The notes: generated by a model not told the origin, from the sequence alone. Counted from the stretch's first letter, positions 1 to 8,354 are shown. The stretch: DNA of 14,949 nt from Candidatus Iainarchaeum sp. (GCA_043816965.1 JBDRHK010000067.1:1-14949), one strand, 5' to 3'. Made by a program: numbers and translations.

Positions 1-444
1 GTTTCCTATCTTGTACCATACATTGCTGTTTTGTTCTTTGTTGAATTTTCCATCAGAAGTGTATGTTCCTATCCACAAAGATGCATTTGTTACCTCATAC
101 TTTTTGGCAAGTTCCTGGTTTTCAGGCAATTCTGCATTAATATGGCCAAAAACAATTTTGCCGGATTCCAATTCATTTGCAAAATATGTTTTGATTGTTT
201 CTTCAGCGTATTCTCCCACGGTTTTGCAGGAATAGCACTGGTTTGTTCCGTGAAAGTGGTAGACTTCTATTTTTTCAATATCGCTGAGTTCTTGCGGCGT
301 TTCATTTTGTTCGGCCTGCGTTAAACTGCATGCTGTGGAATCAGTGCAATCTTGTGGTTCGTTTGAATCTGTGTTTGCCAAGCAACCAGAAATAACTAAA
401 ATTGCAAGCAAGGCTATGATGAATGCTATTTTTTTCTTAATCAT
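1..444 (-). CDS. ArsF-family thioredoxin-fold lipoprotein (nitroaromatic arsenical reductase subunit-like), 3'-truncated by the window edge
   Basis: Missing from the ORF track because there is no stop in the window. My translation from ATG 444: MIKKKIAFIIALLAILVISGC (signal peptide and lipobox) ...IEVYHFHGTNQCYSCKTVGEYAEETIKTYFANELESGKIVF... The YxFHGxxxCxxC motif and the position after an MTH895/ArsE-like gene fit ArsF. Confidence 0.8.
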   Translation of the reverse strand, partial: MIKKKIAFIIALLAILVISGCLANTDSNEPQDCTDSTACSLTQAEQNETPQELSDIEKIEVYHFHGTNQCYSCKTVGEYAEETIKTYFANELESGKIVFGHINAELPENQELAKKYEVTNASLWIGTYTSDGKFNKEQNSNVWYKIGN

Positions 445-466
445 GTTTTATCCTCAGATCCCGTGT

Positions 467-697
467 TTATTTCAAGAGTGTTTTGATTTCTTCAACGCTC
501 GCTATCTTGCCTGCGCTTTTTATTTTGCCGTCAATTGACAAGGCAGGCGTTGCCATTACTCCGGCTTCAATTATTTTGTTTATGTCTGTTACTTTTTCTA
601 TTTCTGCTTTTTTTCCAGTTTCTTCCATTGCCTTTTTTACGTTTGCTTCAAGCTGTTTGCATTTTGGGCAGCCTGTTCCAAGTACCTGTATTTTCAT
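467..697 (-). CDS. MTH895/ArsE-family small thioredoxin-like redox protein (76 aa)
   Basis: MKIQVLGTGCPKC...GVMATPALSIDG, with CxxC and TP motifs. Start reassigned to ATG 697, which has a GGAGG Shine-Dalgarno at 704-708. The longer 467..988 ORF only overlaps the permease. Confidence 0.9.
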   Translation of the reverse strand: MKIQVLGTGCPKCKQLEANVKKAMEETGKKAEIEKVTDINKIIEAGVMATPALSIDGKIKSAGKIASVEEIKTLLK

Positions 698-708
698 GTA
701 ATCCCTCC

Positions 709-1815
709 TTAAATCATCCCAAAAATCAATCCTGCAATTGAAGAGTAAACCACTACTATTGCAACGTATGCTATTGTTTTTTTGTTTCCGAGAACGCTTC
801 TTATTACAAGCATTGCAGGCAGGCTCAAAGACGGGCCTGCGAGCAATAATGCAAGTGCAGGGCCCTGGTTCATTCCTTTTGCAATCAGCGCCTGCATTAT
901 GGGCACTTCTGTTAGTGTTGAAAAGTACATGAATGCCCCAAATATTGATGCTATGACGTTTGATTGCATTGTGTTTGAGCCGACCCAATGTATTATCAGT
1001 TCTTCAGGAATCAATGGCATTATGAATCCGACAATAAATACGCCGATGAAAAGATAGGGGATAAGCAGTTTGCTTATGCCCCATGTTTCGGATAACCATT
1101 TGTTTCTTGTTTCTGTTTTGAATTTTAGCAAAACAATTGCTATGGTAATCAGAGCCAGGAAACCCATTAATGCCCATTTTATTGTTGAATCAATTTGCAG
1201 GCTGTTGACTACAAGAATTCCTGCCATTGAGGCAAAAAATAAGCCGATAGAAGTTTTTGAGATTTTTTGTCCTGTTTCTTCTTCTATTGCAATCTCTTGT
1301 TTTGCGCTTTTTTCCCTGAAAAGGAAGGCCATTGTCAAGCCAACAAGCACTGCCAAAGCAATTGCTGAAACTGCTCTTGCCAGGCCAATCTTGAATCCTA
1401 AAACGCTTGCCGTAAGGAAAATTGCTGCTATGTTTATTGCTGGTCCTGAGTAAAGGAATGCTGTTGCCGGTCCAAGCCCTGCTCCTCTTTTATAAATTCC
1501 TGCAAACAATGGAAGGATTGTGCAGCTGCAGACTGCAAGAACCGCTCCTGAAACAGATGCAATCGGGTAGGAAACATATGGTTTTGCTTTTCCACCCAGA
1601 TATTTCAGAACCGCCTGTTTTTTTACAAAAACTGCGATAGCTCCTGCGATAAAGAATGCTGGTACAAGGCAGGTCAGAACATGCTGTGTTGAATATTCAT
1701 GCAGTAACGCGAAACCACTTAGCAAGGCGTTGTCCATCCACTGGCTTCCAACTGGCACGAAGTAGAATGCCAGAAACAGTGCTGCCAGCAACAAAAACAA
1801 GTTTTTTTCTTTCAT
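709..1815 (-). CDS. arsP: ArsP/DUF318-family permease
   Basis: 368 aa, many TM segments, AVCSCTILP and TAFLYSGPAIN motifs, second repeat ALALLLAGPSLSLP; lies in an arsR operon. Confidence 0.85.
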   Translation of the reverse strand: MKEKNLFLLLAALFLAFYFVPVGSQWMDNALLSGFALLHEYSTQHVLTCLVPAFFIAGAIAVFVKKQAVLKYLGGKAKPYVSYPIASVSGAVLAVCSCTILPLFAGIYKRGAGLGPATAFLYSGPAINIAAIFLTASVLGFKIGLARAVSAIALAVLVGLTMAFLFREKSAKQEIAIEEETGQKISKTSIGLFFASMAGILVVNSLQIDSTIKWALMGFLALITIAIVLLKFKTETRNKWLSETWGISKLLIPYLFIGVFIVGFIMPLIPEELIIHWVGSNTMQSNVIASIFGAFMYFSTLTEVPIMQALIAKGMNQGPALALLLAGPSLSLPAMLVIRSVLGNKKTIAYVAIVVVYSSIAGLIFGMI

Positions 1816-1816
1816 T

Positions 1817-2092
1817 TTAGTCTCCTTCTAATTTAGATTCTGCTGCCTTAAGGATTTTTTTTACTCTATTATCATTTATTTTGTAAAAAATTTTCTTTCC
1901 TTCCCTTCTTGATTTAATCAAGCCTGCTTTTTCAAGCGTTGCCAATTGGATTGAAACAGTTGACTGTGTTCTTCTAACATGCGGGAAAATCTGGCACACG
2001 CACCTTTCCCCATCTAAAAGCAGCCTAACTATTTCAAGCCTTGTTTTATCAGAAAGAGCCTTTAAAACTTCTAATGTTTTATTTTCAGCCAT
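1817..2092 (-). CDS. arsR: ArsR/SmtB-family transcriptional repressor
   Basis: LKALSDKTRLEIVRLL, ERCVCQI Cys motif, QSTVSIQL helix and SRREGKKIFY wing. Confidence 0.92.
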   Translation of the reverse strand: MAENKTLEVLKALSDKTRLEIVRLLLDGERCVCQIFPHVRRTQSTVSIQLATLEKAGLIKSRREGKKIFYKINDNRVKKILKAAESKLEGD

Positions 2093-2097
2093 AAAAC

Positions 2098-2124
2098 ATA
2101 TTGATGAGCATCAATATTTAAAAA
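2098..2124 (-). promoter_or_regulatory. ArsR operator palindrome next to a TATA box
   Basis: Perfect inverted repeat ATATTGATG-AG-CATCAATAT (2098-2117), 5 nt upstream of the arsR ATG. The minus strand reads TTTTTAAATA about 25-30 nt before the ATG, which suggests a leaderless archaeal promoter. Confidence 0.75.
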
Positions 2125-2166
2125 ATTATTGTTAGCACAAATAGTGTTATTCGACAATAACCTGGA

Positions 2167-2245
2167 TTACCTCATCATTGCCTATAACTCTTATAGGTTA
2201 TAATATTTTTATAGCCGTTGGTGGCGATGGCTTAAAATTGACTGT
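2167..2245. repeat. Dispersed intergenic inverted-repeat element, copy A (full)
   Basis: Left arm TTACCTCATCATTGCCTATA (2167-2186), right arm ATAGCCGTTGGTG (2211-2223), tail CTTAAAATTGACTGT (2231-2245). Confidence 0.75.
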
Positions 2246-2292
2246 TTCTGGCTGGCAAAAAGTTTTTTAACTAGAAAAGCACTAATATTGCC

Positions 2293-2550
2293 ATGTGGGT
2301 TTTAATTGCAATCGGAGCCGTTGTTGTAATTTTAGGCCTTGTCTGGCTTTATGCAATGCGAAAGGGCAAAACCCCTTTAGAACCAATGTCTGTTGGAATG
2401 GCTGCGGGCGGCATTGTTGGGGCTGTAGTAGGGATTCTACTGGTTGAGTTTGCCGGATTTGAGTACCCCTTTCCAGCCATTTTATGGATGCTAGGGATGG
2501 CTGCAGGACTAATCATTGGGCAGGTTTACAAAAAGAAGGTTAGACACTAA
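2293..2550 (+). CDS. Small hypothetical membrane protein (about 3 TM)
   Basis: 85-aa ORF with three hydrophobic Gly-rich segments and an AT-rich TATA-like stretch upstream. Confidence 0.75.
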   Translation: MWVLIAIGAVVVILGLVWLYAMRKGKTPLEPMSVGMAAGGIVGAVVGILLVEFAGFEYPFPAILWMLGMAAGLIIGQVYKKKVRH

Positions 2551-2556
2551 TTTGGT

Positions 2557-2646
2557 TTAACCTCATCATTGCATCAGCCAACATTATTACCCTATTCCAA
2601 ATCCTTTAAAGCCTTTTATATGATCTATACTTATTGCCGATGATGA
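2557..2646. repeat. Dispersed inverted-repeat element, copy B
   Basis: TTAACCTCATCATTGCA (2557-2573) with complementary arm TGCCGATGATGA (2635-2646). Confidence 0.7.
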
Positions 2647-2802
2647 TCTGACAATTAGCATTATGTGTTCAGGGCAATATAGTTTTTTTGTTGTAAGTTC
2701 GGCTTATGGCCTTGGGTGAGTAATTGGCTAAAAACAATTCAGGGCATAAAACGCCTTTAAGCGGATTTATATTCAGAATGCAATGCAATAGTTAATGTGT
2801 TT

Positions 2803-3318
2803 ATGGAAAAGAAACTTGTTCTTTTAACATTCGCCTTAATAGCTTTAGTGGTGCTGTTCAGTGGATGCACGAGTCCGCCCCAAGACCTTAGGAGCCAGAT
2901 TGCCTGCCCGAACTTGTCAAATGCCGTACTTTATGGCCAAGATGGACAAGGAGACGCCTGGATAGCTGAAAAAATAGATTATAGCACTGCGACTGAAAGA
3001 TTGGTCTTTGATCCAAACGTAGAGTGGTCTACTTCAACCCCTGCAGACAGAGGATTCCCAAATTTGGAACCGGGCAAGGTTTATTACATGTGTGATTTAG
3101 GCAGCAAGCATATCTCGCTGGGAGACCAGGGCAATTATGAACCTGATTACGTATATTGCGGGGATTTCATGAGGCCTATCACGCTTTACAAATTGGACGC
3201 TTCCGGGAACATAATAAAAGACCAAAAAACAAGCGTTACGATTATTTTCGACAGCAAAACCAAGAAATATGTATCAACAAAATGTGGGACATATCAATTA
3301 CTCAACGCCCCCTATTAG
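2803..3318 (+). CDS. Hypothetical lipoprotein or secreted protein
   Basis: MEKKLVLLTFALIALVVLFSGC signal peptide and lipobox, plus four further Cys. ATG 2803 preferred to GTG 2797. Confidence 0.8.
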   Translation: MEKKLVLLTFALIALVVLFSGCTSPPQDLRSQIACPNLSNAVLYGQDGQGDAWIAEKIDYSTATERLVFDPNVEWSTSTPADRGFPNLEPGKVYYMCDLGSKHISLGDQGNYEPDYVYCGDFMRPITLYKLDASGNIIKDQKTSVTIIFDSKTKKYVSTKCGTYQLLNAPY

Positions 3319-3388
3319 CCAAGAAAAAAATTGGTTTTTGATTCTGAAATCGTTAAATTGCATATTTTTTAAACCCTTTTAAATGGAC

Positions 3389-3434
3389 TCGGTGTTGAGT
3401 TAATTCATCATAATTCAGCAGGCGTTAACATCAT
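3389..3434 (-). ncRNA. Candidate box C/D-like sRNA (overlaps degenerate repeat copy C)
   Basis: Minus strand: ATGATGT (C, 1 mismatch) - 9 nt - CTGA (D') - ATT - ATGATGA (C') - 12 nt - CCGA (D, 1 mismatch). Confidence 0.3.
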
Positions 3435-3465
3435 TAAGACTAAGAACCCCCATAGGCAATAATAA
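3400..3465. repeat. Dispersed inverted-repeat element, copy C (degenerate)
   Basis: Left arm TTAATTCATCAT; ATAGGCAATAATAA (3452-3465) matches the reverse complement of the copy A left arm (ATAGGCAATGATGA) at 12/14. Confidence 0.45.
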
Positions 3466-3500
3466 TCTATTTTTAATGATTTTTCCTAATTTCTTAATTT

Positions 3501-3776
3501 ATGAGCAGAAAGGAGTTTAATGAGGCAACCAAAGAGATTCTTGATGAAATTACAAGTCCCGATTTTCCAAAAACAAAGAAGATTCACGAAATCGTAGATA
3601 AACTAATAGAGGATAATCAATGTCTTGTCGATAAGGAATTCGAACTTAAACAATTGATAATTGAACATTATAAAGCGTTTTTTCAATATTCGCGAGGGAA
3701 ATTGAAGAAAAAGGATTATGTGGCTCTTGGGCAGTTAGTTCTTATGGAGGGGTTAATTGCGCATTCTTTTACTTGA
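3501..3776 (+). CDS. Hypothetical protein
   Basis: 91-aa charged ORF with ATG start, converging on and overlapping the toxin stop by 8 nt. Confidence 0.65.
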   Translation: MSRKEFNEATKEILDEITSPDFPKTKKIHEIVDKLIEDNQCLVDKEFELKQLIIEHYKAFFQYSRGKLKKKDYVALGQLVLMEGLIAHSFT

Positions 3777-4038
3777 ATGACTTGTACCATCTTTCGTATT
3801 CTTTGTGGTTTTTGAAGCAGTGCAGGATATGGCAGGTGTTTTCTTCAATGTTGTAAACCATTCTTGCCTGCCTTGTAACCTCTTCAACGTTAAAAGGGAG
3901 GCCAAAACGCATGTGCCTTCTTAGGGGCATTGAAGCAATTTTTTCCGCGTGCTTTATGAAGAGTTTTCTCAGGCTTTTGTCGATTGCATCCAATTCTTCC
4001 TCTGCTTTTTCGGAAAACTCTAATTTCATTCGGTTCAC
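3769..4038 (-). CDS. RelE/ParE-superfamily toxin
   Basis: MKLEFSEKAEEELDAI N-terminal pattern, RMVYNI strand and HKEYERW tail; GTGA overlap with the upstream antitoxin (alternative start ATG 4029). Confidence 0.75.
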   Translation of the reverse strand: MNRMKLEFSEKAEEELDAIDKSLRKLFIKHAEKIASMPLRRHMRFGLPFNVEEVTRQARMVYNIEENTCHILHCFKNHKEYERWYKSFK

Positions 4039-4271
4039 AGCTTGTACTTTTTCTTCATTGTGGCAAGGTTTTTTGTCTTCACTTTCCCTTCCCTTATTTC
4101 CTGCATTTCCATCTCAATGCCTTTGTTCACAAGCCTTACTTCCTCTTCGTCAATCATTCTTTCGTATGTTAACAGGGCTTGCCTTATCACTTCTGTCTGG
4201 TTTCCAGCATAGCCTCTCTCAATTGCCTTCTTCAAGATTGCCTCATAGGGCACTCCAAGGTCCGCATTCAT
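4035..4271 (-). CDS. Ribbon-helix-helix antitoxin
   Basis: ILKKAIERGYAGNQTEVIRQAL RHH pattern followed by an acidic segment; start reassigned to ATG 4271 with GGTGG Shine-Dalgarno at 4276-4280. Confidence 0.75.
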   Translation of the reverse strand: MNADLGVPYEAILKKAIERGYAGNQTEVIRQALLTYERMIDEEEVRLVNKGIEMEMQEIREGKVKTKNLATMKKKYKL

Positions 4272-4280
4272 AAAACCACC

Positions 4281-4332
4281 ATACCCAATAAATGCACAAT
4301 AAAGTATATAAATAATGCACATTCAATACCCA
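4281..4332 (-). promoter_or_regulatory. Toxin-antitoxin promoter with direct repeats flanking the TATA box
   Basis: AATGCACA at 4291-4298 and 4314-4321, ATACCCA at 4281-4287 and 4326-4332, around minus-strand TTTATATA (4305-4312). Confidence 0.55.
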
Positions 4333-4379
4333 TTAAACATGCCTTGTTTTTTTATTAAAATCTATTGCAAAGGCAAAAG

Positions 4380-4435
4380 TTAACCACATCATTGCCTTAA
4401 GTATCGTATGGTGTTAATGCCTTAAAATTAACGGT
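4380..4435. repeat. Dispersed inverted-repeat element, copy D (full)
   Basis: TTAACCACATCATTGCCT...CGTATGGTGTTAATGC followed by CTTAAAATTAACGGT (4421-4435). Confidence 0.75.
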
Positions 4436-4449
4436 CATTGTATTAGCAA

Positions 4450-4998
4450 CTATTTCACCATCCCAAACTGCTTTCCTTTTTTGGTCATTTTGATGAAATA
4501 GTCCAGCCGTTTCCGGAACTCTGCAGGCCTTTTTCTTGCGCCTTCAATGAAGCCGATTCTTATTCTCTTGTATGAAGGCGGGAACTTGCTGAAATTTTCC
4601 CATGTCTCGGAATCACTCTTAAGCGCCTTGCGTATGTTTTCCGGAAGGACAAATTTTTCATCGAGATTGTCTTTTATTTTTGCGAGCCCTGCTTTAGTCA
4701 TTTTTCCTGCTTTGATAAGCCTTCTTGCGCGTTCCTTGTTCATTTCTGACCAAGGGCTTTTTTCTCTTCGCGGAGTAAAACGTTGAGCAGTTCTTTCTTC
4801 GTCAATTCTTTTTACAATGCTGTCAATCCAGCCATAGCACAATGCTTCGTCAACAGCGTCATTGTATGGAATTCTTGGCTTGTTTGAATGTTTCTTGTAA
4901 TAAATAAGCCATAGTTCTTTTTCGGTCTTGTGGTTTTTTGCAAGCCATGAACGCCATGCTTTTCTGTCAGTTACATAAAGCGTTTTTCCTATTTCCAT
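4450..4998 (-). CDS. YdeI/OmpD-associated family protein
   Basis: WRSWLAKNH, EALCYGWIDS, FTPRREKSPWSEMNK, GKMTKAG and a C-terminal OmdA-like region; start reassigned to ATG 4998. Confidence 0.9.
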   Translation of the reverse strand: MEIGKTLYVTDRKAWRSWLAKNHKTEKELWLIYYKKHSNKPRIPYNDAVDEALCYGWIDSIVKRIDEERTAQRFTPRREKSPWSEMNKERARRLIKAGKMTKAGLAKIKDNLDEKFVLPENIRKALKSDSETWENFSKFPPSYKRIRIGFIEGARKRPAEFRKRLDYFIKMTKKGKQFGMVK

Positions 4999-5034
4999 GT
5001 TAAGATATTGTGGGCACAAAATTTAAAGAATTAG

Positions 5035-5358
5035 TTACTGGCCAAACTTCTCAATGAAGTAACCCGAAAGGCTTCCGAGGATTACTGTCATTATCCCCAT
5101 TGGAATTAGGCTGAACGGCTCTTGCCATCCAATCAGTATTGCTGCTGGCGCAAGAACAAGCGCTGAAATTATCAGCCCCTTTAATGCGCTGTGAATCTTT
5201 AAATTGGATGTTGCAATCAGAAAGCCTGAGATTACCCATAGTGCAAATGCTGAAATGTTTGCATCCCATGTCAGGCCCTGCATAACCATTGGAATTACGT
5301 CAATGATTCCTGCCACTGCGCCAAATCCAAGCCCAACTAATATTTTTTTGTTTTTCAT
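5035..5358 (-). CDS. Hypothetical 4-TM membrane protein
   Basis: 107-aa hydrophobic ORF, AGIIDVIPM. Confidence 0.8.
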   Translation of the reverse strand: MKNKKILVGLGFGAVAGIIDVIPMVMQGLTWDANISAFALWVISGFLIATSNLKIHSALKGLIISALVLAPAAILIGWQEPFSLIPMGIMTVILGSLSGYFIEKFGQ

Positions 5359-5374
5359 TTAATCTCGCCTTCGG

Positions 5375-5415
5375 TTACCTCATCATCGCCTATAGATATG
5401 TATGGAGATTATTGC
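5375..5415. repeat. Dispersed inverted-repeat element, copy E
   Basis: TTACCTCATCATCGCCTATA (5375-5394) is 19/20 identical to 2167-2186; the continuation GTATGGAGATTATTGC aligns with copy D GTATGGTGTTAATGC. Confidence 0.75.
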
Positions 5416-6164
5416 TTTAATTTTTTGGTTTCGGCTTTATCATCATTCATTTCAACGAATTTTTTTATGCCAAGCATTTTTGCCAGGGATTTTGTCATCA
5501 CCGCATAATACTTTGTCTGTTTTTCAATCACGCCCCAGTTCTTTTTGTAGCTCTCGCTGCCTACCTCCAGATCATAGTATTTCTTCCCGTTCTGGATTGC
5601 CCTTTCGATGTCCTTTTTGAGCAGGTATGTCGGAACAGACCTGTCCTTATGTTTCCTGTTCCACCAGCAGCCAAGATAATAAACACTTTCATTTTCCTCC
5701 ATTGCGATGTGCACTCCAAGCAGCTCTCCGCCGCAATAAAGGCTCAAAGTGTAGGCTTTTTCCTTCCAGAGGGAAAGGCGCCTTTCAAAATCGCTTTTCT
5801 CTTCTCCCCAAAGCTCGAGGAACCATTGCTCGCTATTCTCCAGCGCATTTTCCTCATTGAGGACAATGCTTGTGTCAGCATTCTTTTTTTCGACCCTCCT
5901 CAGGTCTTTCCTTAGGCTGGGTTTTAGATTCAGCTGCTCAAAGTGGCTGGGCAGTTCTATGATGTTTGTGGTCGCCTCTTTCCCCTCTGATTCATGCCCT
6001 ATTTTGCATTTTGGGTCAATTTCTTCCAGGAGGAAAGGCTTTGGCAATGTTTTCAGGTCTTTTTCATCGAGCCAGGCATATGGCATGAAGGACAAGTCTC
6101 TCCAGGTCCAAAAAAAGACTCCTTTTTCAATAAAAACCTTCTCAAATTCCATTTTCAGCACCAT
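5409..6164 (-). CDS. GNAT-fold acyltransferase (FemAB/CelD-BcsL-like)
   Basis: SLRKDLRRVEK, VPTYLLKKDIERAIQNGKKYYDLEVGSESYKKNWG. Confidence 0.75.
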   Translation of the reverse strand: MVLKMEFEKVFIEKGVFFWTWRDLSFMPYAWLDEKDLKTLPKPFLLEEIDPKCKIGHESEGKEATTNIIELPSHFEQLNLKPSLRKDLRRVEKKNADTSIVLNEENALENSEQWFLELWGEEKSDFERRLSLWKEKAYTLSLYCGGELLGVHIAMEENESVYYLGCWWNRKHKDRSVPTYLLKKDIERAIQNGKKYYDLEVGSESYKKNWGVIEKQTKYYAVMTKSLAKMLGIKKFVEMNDDKAETKKLKQ

Positions 6165-6590
6165 TTAATGCTCGCCCTGCTTGTGCCAGTCCCAATAAAC
6201 AATCAGTTCATGGCTCCGCCAGTTTCCGCCAAGTTTTTCCAGCAGCTCTTTTTCTTTCTTGGTTGCAACTACATGCGCTTCTTCATCAAGTTTCAGATGG
6301 CATCTTTCCACAAGGAATTTTTCAACTGCCTCATGCAGCGCAAGCGCCTTGAGTGACCTGCCCATTTCCCTTTTCCCAAATTTCCTGTCAATGAATACTT
6401 CTCTGTGCCTTCTGCTCCATTCCGCCACATGGTCCTCTTTTTTAACCACTATTTTATCACTTATTTTGTGGCCAAAAAAGTTAAATGAGATTTTTCCGCC
6501 AGAAAACTTGAGGCTTTTGACCGGCATTTTCAGGAGTTTATTGGCAAGTTTTTTTCCTGCCGGGTTTTGTGATGCCCTGTCTCTTTTCAT
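6165..6590 (-). CDS. Hypothetical protein with a HExxE...H putative metal site
   Basis: REVFID, ALALHEAVEKFL, EEAHVVAT; abuts the GNAT gene. Confidence 0.7.
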   Translation of the reverse strand: MKRDRASQNPAGKKLANKLLKMPVKSLKFSGGKISFNFFGHKISDKIVVKKEDHVAEWSRRHREVFIDRKFGKREMGRSLKALALHEAVEKFLVERCHLKLDEEAHVVATKKEKELLEKLGGNWRSHELIVYWDWHKQGEH

Positions 6591-6603
6591 TTATCTGACC
6601 TTT

Positions 6604-7092
6604 TCAGCTAATTTCTGAAATGATTGCAACATAGTTCTTCCCGTATTTTTCAGCGCATTTTGGGCAGGTCGTGTACCACATATACATTTTGCCTGTTTTC
6701 AGGCCTTTGCTTTTAGTATACTCAGCAAAATTTTCGCACCATTTTCCTGTGTCCTGGTACGGGCCTTCGTAAACCTTGCAGAGGAATTTTCCGCTAATTG
6801 TTGTATTTTCAGCATTTGGAATTTCCTTATCAACAGCAACATATAGGTTCATATTCCACATAGAAGTATGGTCAGATAAAGCCATCCAGTCAGGAGCTGT
6901 AGCTCCCGCGGTTTTTATTTTTTTCATCAGCTTTGTAATAACTCCACCAAAATTAACTGGAATATGGAGCATGGTGAATACTTTATCCTTTACAAACTTT
7001 TTATTATTCCAATCCAGAATCTTCCCGTCCCAGGGTTTTGGGTCAAATTCCGGGCAGCAGATTTCTTCTGAATTAGTGCCATTATCAGCCAT
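6604..7092 (-). CDS. Conserved protein with a GyrI-like small-molecule-binding fold
   Basis: CCPEFDPKPWD, KVYEGPYQDTGKW, WYTTCPKCAEKYGKNY; ATG 7092 has a GGAGGGG Shine-Dalgarno. Confidence 0.75.
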   Translation of the reverse strand: MADNGTNSEEICCPEFDPKPWDGKILDWNNKKFVKDKVFTMLHIPVNFGGVITKLMKKIKTAGATAPDWMALSDHTSMWNMNLYVAVDKEIPNAENTTISGKFLCKVYEGPYQDTGKWCENFAEYTKSKGLKTGKMYMWYTTCPKCAEKYGKNYVAIISEIS

Positions 7093-7110
7093 GCGCCCCC
7101 CCTCCATATT

Positions 7111-7425
7111 TCACTTCAGTTTAACCGCGGTCCCGTAAGCAAGTATTTCCGCAGCCGAAGCCATTACCTGCGCAGTCATATACCTAACATTAATTATCCC
7201 GTCTGCACCTTGGGCTTCCGCGTCCTCAATCATCCTTTGCATCGCTTCCTGTCTGGCCTCGGTGAGCATTTCGGTGTATTCTTTCAATTCGCCGCCGACA
7301 ATCTGCCTTAAGCCAGCCATAATATCCTTTCCAAACCATTTTGCGCGGATTGTGCTTCCCTTCGCAATACCAAGGGTTTCAACTATCTCTTTCCCTTTAA
7401 TGAAATCTGTTGTCACAATAATCAT
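7111..7425 (-). CDS. YbjQ/UPF0145-family protein
   Basis: IVGGELKEYTEMLTEARQEAMQRM, EILAYGTAVKL. Confidence 0.93.
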   Translation of the reverse strand: MIIVTTDFIKGKEIVETLGIAKGSTIRAKWFGKDIMAGLRQIVGGELKEYTEMLTEARQEAMQRMIEDAEAQGADGIINVRYMTAQVMASAAEILAYGTAVKLK

Positions 7426-7434
7426 TTTTCCACC

Positions 7435-7656
7435 TCAAAGATTTTTGTCGAATTTTTCATTTTTGATATCATTCATTCTCTCAAATATGAGGGAAACAAT
7501 CACAATCAATCCCCCAATTATTGTAATTCCCCAGCCCCCGACAACTGTAACCAGAACCAGAAACTCGCCTGCAACAATCCCAAAAATTGGGAAAACTGTG
7601 AGCAATATCAATCCAATTATTACAAGCACTACACCAAAAAACTGGGTTTTGTTCAT
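7435..7656 (-). CDS. Small 2-TM membrane protein
   Basis: Hydrophobic ORF directly upstream of the ybjQ-like gene; ATG 7656 is the likely start. Confidence 0.7.
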   Translation of the reverse strand: MNKTQFFGVVLVIIGLILLTVFPIFGIVAGEFLVLVTVVGGWGITIIGGLIVIVSLIFERMNDIKNEKFDKNL

Positions 7657-7751
7657 TGTTATATTAAAATGCAAAGGGAATAAATTGCTTTGTGTTCTGC
7701 CTGAAAGTTATTGAAAATAGATATATAACCCTTTTCACAAGGATATTCTGG

Positions 7752-8354
7752 ATGCGGAACTATGGCTTTTCACCGGAGGAACTTTCAGTCCTCAAAAAAC
7801 TTGATATGCCTGCCAAAATCCAGGATTTTCTGGATAATGATGTCAAATACAACCTGGAGAAAGGCGGGGAAAGGCAGTATTCCCCGAGGCTTGTGCTCAT
7901 GCACAGGAAGGCACAGTGCTTTGAGGGCGCATTGTTTGCGGCGGCGGCTCTGCGCGTGAACGGCTTTCCCCCGCTGATTCTTGACCTCAGGGCAAAGAGA
8001 GATGATGACCACGTGCTTGCGGTTTACAAAATAAGAAACAGGTGGGGCGCCATAGGCCAGTCTAAATTTTCAGGGCTGGGTTTCCGCGAGGCGGTTTATT
8101 CAAATATCCGCGAGCTTGTAATGTCCTATTTCGAGCACTATTTCAATTACGGGCGGGAGAAAACCTTAAGGGAATTCTCGATGCCGGTGAACCTCTCGCG
8201 CTTTGACAGGAAAAACTGGATGCTTTCCGAAAAGCCGCTGGAATACATTGCGGATTACATAGACAAGGTAAAGCACACGAAAATTGCCCTGCCGCCGAAA
8301 CTGAGGCCTGTGAATAAAAGAAGGCTGAAATTCGAGCAAATTGTGAAAAAATAA
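7752..8354 (+). CDS. Conserved protein with transglutaminase/papain-like catalytic motifs
   Basis: KIQDFLD, AQCFEGALFAAAAL (candidate catalytic Cys), DDDHVLAVY (His), WGAIGQS; start reassigned to ATG 7752. Confidence 0.75.
   Translation: MRNYGFSPEELSVLKKLDMPAKIQDFLDNDVKYNLEKGGERQYSPRLVLMHRKAQCFEGALFAAAALRVNGFPPLILDLRAKRDDDHVLAVYKIRNRWGAIGQSKFSGLGFREAVYSNIRELVMSYFEHYFNYGREKTLREFSMPVNLSRFDRKNWMLSEKPLEYIADYIDKVKHTKIALPPKLRPVNKRRLKFEQIVKK

Noticed and set aside
698..988. N-terminal extension of ORF 467..988
   Set aside because: It overlaps the permease in another frame; the Shine-Dalgarno and the family match begin at 697
2146..2161. Palindrome GTTATT-CGAC-AATAAC
   Set aside because: Six-bp AT-rich arms, single copy, no assignable role
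2167..5415. CRISPR array interpretation of the repeats
   Set aside because: Copies are hundreds to ~1000 bp apart, separated by whole genes and degenerate; there are no cas genes
7752..8354. Transglutaminase-like protein as the RiPP leader peptidase
   Set aside because: Opposite strand and separated by three unrelated genes; nothing in the sequence links it to the cluster
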